64,000 nucleotides of DNA, taken from NCBI GenBank assembly GCA_041496745.1, contig JBGQFF010000001.1, positions 16,675 through 80,674 on the forward strand, given 5' to 3'. The notes below the pieces were generated by a model that saw nothing but the letters and a program-made list of their open reading frames with translations, made no database searches and was not told where the DNA came from. The DNA comes from Gammaproteobacteria bacterium. Lineage in GTDB: Bacteria > Pseudomonadota > Gammaproteobacteria > Burkholderiales > SG8-39. The position numbers and the translations under genes are program-made. Below are positions 32,210 through 39,941 of this stretch, one piece after another (position 1 is the stretch's first letter; every line of letters starts with the position of its first letter).

Positions 32210-34023
32210 GCGCCGTGGCCGCTGCCCGCATCGCCGCGCCTTCCTTTGCGGCGCTGGAGAACGCGCTGCTCGCGTTGCTGTTCGTCGGCGCGGTGCTGCT
32301 GCCGATCGCCGAGATCGCACTGCGCGCGACGCTGCGCGTCGGCATCGAGGGCGTCGGCGCGATCGTGCAGCACCTGACGCTGGCGGTGGGCATGCTGGGC
32401 GCAGCGGTGGCGGCGCGCGAAGAGCGCCTGCTGACGCTCGCCGTCGCGGGATTCATCCGCGGGCGGGCGGCGCCCATCGCGCGCTTCCTGAGCGGCGCGG
32501 TCGGCGCCGCGGTCGCGCTGCTGCTGCTGCGATCGGCGCTGCAGTTCATGGCCGTGGAGCGCGCAGCGGGATCGCAGATGCTGGCGGGGGTGCCGTCCTG
32601 GCTGACGCTCCTGCCGCTGCCCGTGGGCTTCGCGCTCATCGCGCTGCGGCTGCTGCGGCACGCGGCGCCGGATCTTGCGTCACGCACCGGCGCGGCGGCG
32701 CTCGCCGCCGCGCTGTGCGCCTGGCTCACGCTCGCGCCGCCGCAGGGAACGCTGCTCGCCGCGGCGCTCGCCATCCTGTTTGCAGCGACCCTGCTCGGTG
32801 CGCCGATTTTCGCGGTCCTCGGGGGCTCGGCGCTGCTGCTGCTGCAGGCCGACGGCGTGCCGGCGGCTGCGGTTGCGGTCAACCATTACAGTCTGGTCAT
32901 CAACCCGTCTCTGCCGGCGATCCCGATGTTCACGCTCGCCGGCTACCTGCTGGCGGAAAGCCGCTCGCCCGGCCGGCTGGTCGAGCTGTTCGACGCGCTG
33001 TTCGGACGCTTGCGCGGCGGCGCGGCGCTGGTCACGGTGCTGGCCTGCACTTTCTTCACCTGCTTCACCGGCGCCTCGGGGGTGACGATCCTCGCGCTGG
33101 GCGGCCTGGTGATGCCCTTGCTCGCGTCCGCCGGCTACCGCCCGAAGGACGCGCTCGGGCTGATCACCGGCGCGGGCTTGCCGGGCGTGATCCTGATGCC
33201 GGCCCTGCCGCTGCTGCTGTACGCGATCGTCGCGCGCGTGGGCATCGAGGACATGTTCATCGGCGGCCTGCTGCCGGCGATGCTGATGCTGGGCGTGGTC
33301 GCGGGCTGGGGCGTCTGGCGCCAGCCGCGGCGGGCGGCGGGCGGCGCGCCGTTCTCGTGGCAGCGCGTGCGCGCCGCGCTGCGCGCGGCCAAGTGGGAAC
33401 TCAGCCTGCCGCTCGCGCCGATCGCCGCGCTGGCGAGCGGCGTTGCCACGCCGGTCGAGGCCGCCGCGGTCACGGCGCTCTACGCGCTGGTCATCGTCAC
33501 GCTCGTGCATCGCGACCTGCACCTCGCGCGCGACCTGCCGCGCGTGATCGCGGAGTGCGGGCTGCTGGTCGGCGGGATTCTCCTCGTGCTCGGCGTGGCG
33601 CTGTCGCTCACCAACTACATGGTGGACGCCGAAGTGCCCGACCAGTTGGTGGAATGGGTGCGCCAGTCGATCCACAGCCGCTGGGCCTTCCTGCTCGCGC
33701 TCAACGCGGTGCTGCTGCTGGCGGGCTGCGTCATGGACATCTACACCGCGATCGTGGTGCTGGCGCCGCTGGTTACGCCGCTCGGCCTCGCCTTCGGCGT
33801 GCACCCGGTGCACCTCGGCATCGTGTTCCTCGCCAACCTCGAACTCGGCTACCTCACGCCGCCCGTGGGCATGAACCTGTTCTTCTCCGCGTATCGCTTC
33901 GGCAAGCCGATCGCCGAGGTGTTCCGGGCGGTGCTGCCGCTTTTTGCGGTACTCGCGGCGGCCTTGGCGGTGGTGACCTACTGGCCCTGGCTCAGCACGG
34001 GGCTGCCAGCACTTTTCAAGTAA
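32206..34023 (+). CDS. TRAP transporter fused small/large permease (DctQ-DctM)
   Basis: A GTGA overlap links it to the upstream stop. The ~605-aa protein has a DctQ-like N-terminus and a DctM-like body (FTGASGVTILALGGLVMP, VFLANLELGYLTPPVGMNLF). Confidence 0.9.
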   Translation: MSAVAAARIAAPSFAALENALLALLFVGAVLLPIAEIALRATLRVGIEGVGAIVQHLTLAVGMLGAAVAAREERLLTLAVAGFIRGRAAPIARFLSGAVGAAVALLLLRSALQFMAVERAAGSQMLAGVPSWLTLLPLPVGFALIALRLLRHAAPDLASRTGAAALAAALCAWLTLAPPQGTLLAAALAILFAATLLGAPIFAVLGGSALLLLQADGVPAAAVAVNHYSLVINPSLPAIPMFTLAGYLLAESRSPGRLVELFDALFGRLRGGAALVTVLACTFFTCFTGASGVTILALGGLVMPLLASAGYRPKDALGLITGAGLPGVILMPALPLLLYAIVARVGIEDMFIGGLLPAMLMLGVVAGWGVWRQPRRAAGGAPFSWQRVRAALRAAKWELSLPLAPIAALASGVATPVEAAAVTALYALVIVTLVHRDLHLARDLPRVIAECGLLVGGILLVLGVALSLTNYMVDAEVPDQLVEWVRQSIHSRWAFLLALNAVLLLAGCVMDIYTAIVVLAPLVTPLGLAFGVHPVHLGIVFLANLELGYLTPPVGMNLFFSAYRFGKPIAEVFRAVLPLFAVLAAALAVVTYWPWLSTGLPALFK

Positions 34024-34089
34024 CCATGACGGCGACCCCGACATTGACCGCGCGATTTGCGTCATGATGTCCGTCCAGGGAGGTACGCA

Positions 34090-35733
34090 ATGAATGCCAT
34101 CGAGCACTCGAACGGCAGTCCCCGGCCCCTCAGGAAAATCCCCATCGTCGCGCAAGCGCCGCGCGCAGAGAGTGCGCCGAAGCCGCGCTCGATCGCGGGC
34201 AGAGCCCCCGACCTGCGGCGCGCGAGCGAGTCCGCAGGCGGGCACTACCGCGCCTACAAGCCGCGCCCGTTCACGCGCGAGGAGCGCGAGCGCACCACGA
34301 TCCTGTTCGGCGGCCTGCACTGGCGTGTCGAGCGCCTGATCCAGGGGGCAATGGAGAACCTCGGCTACCGCGCGCAGATCCTGCCCACCGCCACGCGCGC
34401 CGACCTGCTCACCGGGCGCGAGGTGGCCGACATCGGCCAGTGCTGCCCGACCAGTTTCACCACCGGCAACCTCGCCAACCACCTGAAGGAGCAGACGAGG
34501 AGCATCGGCGCGCAGGAGGTGGCGCAGAAGTACGTCTACGTCACCGCGGGCTCCTGCGGCGCCTGCCGCTTCGGCCAGTACCACCAGAGCTACGAGCTCG
34601 CGCTGCGCAACGTCGGGCTGGAATCCTTCCGCATGTTCCTGCTTGGCCAGGAAGGGCTGGACCAGGGAGAGGCGGCCGGCGGCGGCCTGGACCTCAACAT
34701 GCCGTTCACGCTCGGCGCGGTGTGGGCCATCGTGCTCTCGGACGTGATCCAGGACATGGAGTACCGCACGCGCCCCTTCGAGAAGAACCCGGGCGAGACC
34801 GAGCGCGTGACGCGCGAGGCGGTCGAGTACCTGTACGCGGTGTTCCGCAAGCGCCCCAATCGCGGCAGCAAGTGGGGCTCCATGCTGTGGCACTTCGGCA
34901 CCGACTACTTCGTCAAGGCGATGCGCGAAGTCCGGCAGCGCTACGACCGCATCGAGCTCGACCGCCTGCGCGTCAAGCCGGTGGTCAAGATCACTGGCGA
35001 GTTCTACCTGCAGACCGTGGAGGGCGAGCCGAACTACAACATCCACCGCTGGCTCGAGGCCGAGGGCGCGGAGGTGTATCCGGCGCCGATCACCGTATGG
35101 CTGGACTACCTGCTGCGGCTCGCCGGCCAGGAGTTCGAGGATCGCATCGGCATCGACCGCGCGGCGCGCCTGAAGCTCGGCGCGGTGCGCGGCATGCAGG
35201 GCCTGCTGCGCTGGACGCACTCGCGCATGCGCCGCGCGCTGGCCGACGTGCCGCACGAGCTGCCCGACCAGTACGAGTTGCGCTCGCTCGCCTCGCCCTA
35301 CTACCACAGCCGCCTGAACGGCGGCGAGGGCGACATGCTGGTGGGCAAGGCGCTGTGGGCCTACCACCACAAGAAGGCGCACATGACTTGCGAGCTCTCG
35401 CCCTATTCCTGCATGCCGAACACCATGAGCGTCGGCGCGATGGCGGCAGTGCTGGGCAAGTACCCGGACCTGCTGTACGCGCCGCTGGAGATCAAGGGCG
35501 ACGCGGAAGTAAGCGCGCTGTCGCGCTGCCAGATGATCCTCACGGAGGCCAAGAAACGCGCGCAGCGCGAATACGAAGCGGTGCTCGAGCGCACCGGCTT
35601 CGACGAGGCCGGGCTGTGCGACGCGTATGCGCGCCGCCCCGACCTGCACCTAGCGACCTACCGTGTGCCGCACGGCGATGCCGCCGGCACCGCGGCCAAC
35701 GTCGCGTTGCACCTGGCCGCCGGGAGTCACTGA
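34090..35733 (+). CDS. 2-hydroxyacyl-CoA-dehydratase D-component-like protein (BCR/HAD family subunit)
   Basis: An SD GGAGG precedes ATG 34090. Family motifs include TILFGGLHWRVERLI, DIGQCCPTSF, VTAGSCGACRFGQY, KITGEFYLQ and ELSPYSCMPN. Confidence 0.8.
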   Translation: MNAIEHSNGSPRPLRKIPIVAQAPRAESAPKPRSIAGRAPDLRRASESAGGHYRAYKPRPFTREERERTTILFGGLHWRVERLIQGAMENLGYRAQILPTATRADLLTGREVADIGQCCPTSFTTGNLANHLKEQTRSIGAQEVAQKYVYVTAGSCGACRFGQYHQSYELALRNVGLESFRMFLLGQEGLDQGEAAGGGLDLNMPFTLGAVWAIVLSDVIQDMEYRTRPFEKNPGETERVTREAVEYLYAVFRKRPNRGSKWGSMLWHFGTDYFVKAMREVRQRYDRIELDRLRVKPVVKITGEFYLQTVEGEPNYNIHRWLEAEGAEVYPAPITVWLDYLLRLAGQEFEDRIGIDRAARLKLGAVRGMQGLLRWTHSRMRRALADVPHELPDQYELRSLASPYYHSRLNGGEGDMLVGKALWAYHHKKAHMTCELSPYSCMPNTMSVGAMAAVLGKYPDLLYAPLEIKGDAEVSALSRCQMILTEAKKRAQREYEAVLERTGFDEAGLCDAYARRPDLHLATYRVPHGDAAGTAANVALHLAAGSH

Positions 35734-37901
35734 TGCTCACCGTCGGGCTGGATGTCGGCTCCACCACCGTCAAGGCATCGGTGGTGGAAGGCGGCGAAGT
35801 GCGCTGGAAGGACTACAAGCGCCACAGCACCAAGCAGGCCGAGATGGTGCTCGAATTCCTCGGGCGCATGCAAGCCGAATGCGGCCTCACGCCCGGCCGT
35901 GACCGGATTTTCCTCACCGGCTCGGGCGGCGGCATGCTCACGCCGCACCTGGGCGGCAAGTTCATCCAGGAGGTGGTGGCGGTTTCGGCCGCGGTGGAAA
36001 AGCTGCACCCGGGCGTCAACTTCGTCTCCGAGATCGGCGGCGAGGACATGAAGACGCTGTTTTTCACGCCGAGCGGCGACGGCAAGACGAAACAGGTCTA
36101 CATGCAGTCGGCCTGCAGCGGCGGCACCGGCACCTTCATCGAGAAGACCGCGCGCAAGCTGCAGATCGAGCCCGAGCGTCTGGCGCAGATGGACTATACG
36201 GGGCTGGAATTGCACAAAATCAGCTCCAAGTGCGGCATCTTCGCCGAGGCCGACGCCAACACGCTGGTGAAGGCCGGTGTGCCGGTGGAAGAAATCATCG
36301 CCAGCCTGTACGAGGCGGTCGTGTACCAGAACCTTGCGACGCTCACCAAGGGCAACACGCCGGCGCCGCAGGTGCTGCTGCTCGGCGGGCCGAACCTGTT
36401 CTTCAAGGGCCTGCAGCAGGCGTGGAAGCACCACCTGTGCAAGATCTGGGCCGAGCGCAAAGTGGCAGCGCCGGAGGGCGTCGGCCCGGAAGACCTGATC
36501 CAGGTGCCGAAGGAGGCGCTCTACTATGCCTGCCTGGGCTGCATCGAGATCGGCATCGGCGAAGCGCCTTCGGTGGGCGTGTACGCCGGCACCGGAAAGC
36601 TGAAGTGGTGGATCGAGCAGGGCCAGTGGGAGCAGAAAGCGAAGGACGGCGGCAAGGGGCTGGTGAAGAGCCCCGAGGACCTGGTGGCGTTCCTGGAACA
36701 GTACGGCGGCGATTGCCGCAGCACTGCGTGCACGCAGGACCTGCGCGCGTGCGCGGCGCCGGTGCTGGTGGGCTGCGACTTCGGCAGCACCACGGCCAAG
36801 GCGGTGGTGCTGTCCGCGGATCGCGAACTGCTTTTCGGCTGCTACGTACCGTCGAACGGCAACCCGATCGAGGACGCGAAGGGCCTGTTCCGCCAGGTCC
36901 GCGCCTCGGGCTTCGAGAGAATCGGCGGGCTCGCGGTCACCGGCTACGGCAAGGACCTGCTCAGGGACATCATCGGCGCGGACGTAGCGATCGTCGAGAC
37001 CGTGGCGCACGCCACCGCGGCGCTGCACTACATCCCCGACGCGGACGTGATCTGCGACGTCGGCGGCTGCGACGTGAAGATCATGATCCTGCGCCAGGGC
37101 ACGGTGGCCGACTTCCGCCTGAACTCGCAGTGCTCATCCGGCAACGGCGCCTTCCTGCAGGGTGTCGCCGAGCGCTACGACGTGCCGCTGCAGGACTACG
37201 CCGGGAAGGCCTTCGAGGCGCGCGCGATTCCCGCGCTCGCCATGGGCTGCGGCGTGTTCCTGCAGTCCGACATCGTCAACCAGCAGAGGAAAGGCTGGTC
37301 GGCGGAGGAGATCATGGCTTCGCTCGCCGCGGTGCTGCCGCTCAACGTGTGGGTATACGCGGGCCAGCTGCAGAACCTCGCCGCCGCGGGCCGCAAGTTC
37401 GTGCTGCAGGGCGGCACGCACCGCAACCTGGCGGTGGTGAAGGCGCAGGTGGATTTCATCCGCGAGAAGGTGCCCGATGCCGAGGTGGTGGTGCACCCGT
37501 ATTCCGGCGAGGCGGGCGCCATCGGCGCGGCGCTGTGCGCCGTGGACTGGATGAAGTCCGGCGCGGCGAGCCGCTTCCGCGGCTACGACACCATCGACAC
37601 CCTGGAATACACGAGCACCACCAACGAGCACACCACCTGCAACTGGTGCCCGGTCAATTGCAAGCGCACCTTCATCGACGTGCGCCTGCCCGAGGGCCAG
37701 GGCCGCTCCTGGAGCAAGGTGCCGCTGGCAGCGGGCTGGGAGCGCGTGATCAGCGGCAACTCCTGCCCCAAGGGGCTGCTCGAGGACGCGAACGAGATGC
37801 GCGTGGTGAAGGCGAAGCTGGAGGCGGTCAAGGATGCCCATCCCAACATTGGTGAGCTGGTTCGAGAAGGCGCCTTTCGGCAGGCCAGGGTCGAGGCCTG
37901 A
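35733..37901 (+). CDS. Double BadF/BadG/BcrA/BcrD-type ATPase (tandem HgdC-like activase) with a C-terminal Cys cluster
   Basis: A TGATG junction links it to the upstream gene. It has two ASKHA ATPase modules (GLDVGSTTVKA... and GCDFGSTTAKA...) with the cluster cysteines SKCGIFAEAD and MGCGVFLQSD. The C-terminus carries CNWCPVNC...NSCP. It is the C-terminal part of the artefactual ORF 34440-37901. Confidence 0.9.
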   Translation: MLTVGLDVGSTTVKASVVEGGEVRWKDYKRHSTKQAEMVLEFLGRMQAECGLTPGRDRIFLTGSGGGMLTPHLGGKFIQEVVAVSAAVEKLHPGVNFVSEIGGEDMKTLFFTPSGDGKTKQVYMQSACSGGTGTFIEKTARKLQIEPERLAQMDYTGLELHKISSKCGIFAEADANTLVKAGVPVEEIIASLYEAVVYQNLATLTKGNTPAPQVLLLGGPNLFFKGLQQAWKHHLCKIWAERKVAAPEGVGPEDLIQVPKEALYYACLGCIEIGIGEAPSVGVYAGTGKLKWWIEQGQWEQKAKDGGKGLVKSPEDLVAFLEQYGGDCRSTACTQDLRACAAPVLVGCDFGSTTAKAVVLSADRELLFGCYVPSNGNPIEDAKGLFRQVRASGFERIGGLAVTGYGKDLLRDIIGADVAIVETVAHATAALHYIPDADVICDVGGCDVKIMILRQGTVADFRLNSQCSSGNGAFLQGVAERYDVPLQDYAGKAFEARAIPALAMGCGVFLQSDIVNQQRKGWSAEEIMASLAAVLPLNVWVYAGQLQNLAAAGRKFVLQGGTHRNLAVVKAQVDFIREKVPDAEVVVHPYSGEAGAIGAALCAVDWMKSGAASRFRGYDTIDTLEYTSTTNEHTTCNWCPVNCKRTFIDVRLPEGQGRSWSKVPLAAGWERVISGNSCPKGLLEDANEMRVVKAKLEAVKDAHPNIGELVREGAFRQARVEA

Positions 37902-39063
37902 AGCGGCGCTTCAGACCGCGGGCGCGGCCAAGCCGCGCGCGCAGCTGCGCGTGGGCATCCCGCGCGTGCTCAACCTCTGGTCGACGCACCAGTTCTGGAT
38001 CGGCTTGCTCGGCGCGCTCGGCATCGACGCGCGCCGCATCCAGTTTTCCTCAGACAGCTCGGAGGAGCAGGCGCGCGAGTTCGGCAAGGGGCGCGGCACG
38101 GTGGACTGCTGCTACCCGGTGAAGTGCATGTCGGGGCACTACGGCGAGCTGATCGCGAATAAAAAGCGCCAGATCGATATCCTGCTTTCGCCGATGATCT
38201 ACTCGCTGCCCTCGGTGCTGAACGGGCACGTCGCGGTGTCGCTCGCCTGCCCGCGCGTAATGGCGGCACCGGAGAACATCAAGGCCGGTTTCCTGAAGGA
38301 AAAGGACGTGTTCGCGGAGAACGGCATCCGCTACGTCTCGCCGCTCGTTTCGCTGGGCGATCCGCCGCTGGTGCCGAAGCAGCTGTTCGAGGGCCTGCGC
38401 GACGTGATCCCGGGCCTGACTTTCGACGAAACGAAGCGCGCGGTGAAAGCGGGCTACGACGCGCTGGAATCCTTCAACCGCAGCCTGCGCGCCAAGGGGC
38501 GCGAGATCCTCGAGCAGTGCGCGCGCGCGGACAAGCCCTGCCTGCTGGTGCTGGCGCGGCCCTACCACATGGATCCGGGCATCGGCCACGAGATCGAGGT
38601 GGACCTGCAGGCCTACGGCTACCCGGTGCTGTGGGCCCAGTACCTGCCCACCGACCCCGATCTGCTGCAGTGGATGTTCGGGCCGGACATCGAGGCCGGG
38701 CACATCAAGTCGCCGTTCGACATCGCCGACGTCTGGCCCTCCTCGTATAGCGCCAACACCAACGAGATCCTGTGGGGCGCGAAGTACGCGGCGCGCCTGC
38801 CATGGATCGCCTGCGTGGTCAGGCTCTCGAGCTACGAGTGCGGCATGGACCAGCCGACGTATTCGCCGGTGCAGCAGATCGTCGAGCGCTCGGGGACGCT
38901 TTTCTTCTCGTTCCAGGACCTCGATTCCACCAAGCCGGCCGGCTCGGTGAAGATCCGCGTAGAAACCATCGCGCACTACCTGCAGAAGTTATCGGCGGAG
39001 ATCATCGCGAAGAAAAAAGCGGCGGGGCAGGCCGCATGCCCGCTCCTCGCGCCCTCCGCCTAG
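37834..39063 (+). CDS. Acyl-CoA dehydratase activase-related protein (DUF2229)
   Basis: It reads RVGIPRVLNLWSTHQFW...VDCCYPVKCMSGH...LARPYHMDPGIGHEI...LSSYECGMD. The start is uncertain: ATG 37834 overlaps the activase by 68 nt, and GTG 37951 is the alternative. Confidence 0.8.
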   Translation: MPIPTLVSWFEKAPFGRPGSRPEAALQTAGAAKPRAQLRVGIPRVLNLWSTHQFWIGLLGALGIDARRIQFSSDSSEEQAREFGKGRGTVDCCYPVKCMSGHYGELIANKKRQIDILLSPMIYSLPSVLNGHVAVSLACPRVMAAPENIKAGFLKEKDVFAENGIRYVSPLVSLGDPPLVPKQLFEGLRDVIPGLTFDETKRAVKAGYDALESFNRSLRAKGREILEQCARADKPCLLVLARPYHMDPGIGHEIEVDLQAYGYPVLWAQYLPTDPDLLQWMFGPDIEAGHIKSPFDIADVWPSSYSANTNEILWGAKYAARLPWIACVVRLSSYECGMDQPTYSPVQQIVERSGTLFFSFQDLDSTKPAGSVKIRVETIAHYLQKLSAEIIAKKKAAGQAACPLLAPSA

Positions 39064-39929
39064 CGCTCCTCCTCGTCCTCGCGGCGGCGGTCGCCTGGAT
39101 CGCCGCGGCGCTGCTGGCGCGCCCCGCTCCGGCGCACGCGTTCTTCGCGGCCGAGCGTCCCGGCGTGCAGGTCATCGCGCACCGCGGCGGAGCGGGACTG
39201 CGGCCCGAGGAGACGTTCGAGGCTTTCGCCCACGCCGCCGGGCTCGGCGCGGACATGTTCGACCTCGACGTGCGCGCCACGGCCGATGGCGCCATCGTCT
39301 GCCTGCACGATCCGACGGTGGATCGCACCACCGATGGCCAGGGGCCGGTCGCAGCGCTGAGAGTGGACGAGTTGCGCAAGCTCGACGCGGGATACCGCTG
39401 GACGGACGATGGCGGCAAGACTTATCCGTACCGCGGTAAGGGTGTCCAGGTGCCGACCTTGGAGGAAGTCTTCAAGCGCCACCCGCGCATGCGCGTGGTG
39501 GTGGAGATGAAGGTCAGGACTGCGGAGTTCGCGCGGTCTCTGTGCAAGCTCACGCGCGGAGCGGGCATGTCGCAACGCGCTCTGGTTGCGTCCTTCGACT
39601 ACGGCACCCTGGATGCCTTCCGCCAGGCCTGTCCCGAGGTCGCCACCTCGATGAGCCTGCGCGAAGCGCAGGTCTTCTTCGGTCTCAGCGTCTTGCGCCT
39701 CTCGGCCGCCTACAGCCCTGACGCGGTCGCCCTTCAGGTCCCCGAGCGCTTCAGCGGCGTCGAGGTACTGACGCCCGTCCTGGTCCGCGCAGCGAAGAAC
39801 CGCAACCTTCGTGTCCACGCGTGGACGATCAACGACGAGGAAGCGATGCGACGACTGGTGCGCGAAGGCGTGGACGGCATCATGACCGACCGCCCGGACC
39901 GGCTGCTGGCCTTGCGCGACCGGCTGTAA
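39036..39929 (+). CDS. Glycerophosphodiester phosphodiesterase family protein with N-terminal signal/anchor
   Basis: MPAPRALRLALLLVLAAAVAWIAAALLA is followed by VIAHRGGAGLRPEETFEAF...DLDVRATADGAIVCLHD...VPTLEEV. It is the C-terminal part of ORF 38772-39929. Confidence 0.88.
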   Translation: MPAPRALRLALLLVLAAAVAWIAAALLARPAPAHAFFAAERPGVQVIAHRGGAGLRPEETFEAFAHAAGLGADMFDLDVRATADGAIVCLHDPTVDRTTDGQGPVAALRVDELRKLDAGYRWTDDGGKTYPYRGKGVQVPTLEEVFKRHPRMRVVVEMKVRTAEFARSLCKLTRGAGMSQRALVASFDYGTLDAFRQACPEVATSMSLREAQVFFGLSVLRLSAAYSPDAVALQVPERFSGVEVLTPVLVRAAKNRNLRVHAWTINDEEAMRRLVREGVDGIMTDRPDRLLALRDRL

Positions 39930-39941
39930 GCGATCTGTAGG
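39924..39941 (+). promoter_or_regulatory. Direct-repeat motif copy 2 (CTGTAAG-CGAT-CTGTAGG) upstream of the SARP-type regulator gene
   Basis: Two heptamers repeat with an 11-bp period. The motif overlaps the GDPD stop codon and lies 36-57 nt upstream of the likely regulator ATGs (39977, 39998). Confidence 0.45.

Noticed and set aside
32680-35649. A 989-aa minus-strand ORF lies antisense to the TRAP permease and the HGD-D-like gene.
   Set aside because: It has the same high-GC shadow-ORF signature (R/A/Q/H-rich, no recognisable motifs). The opposite strand has clear family matches.
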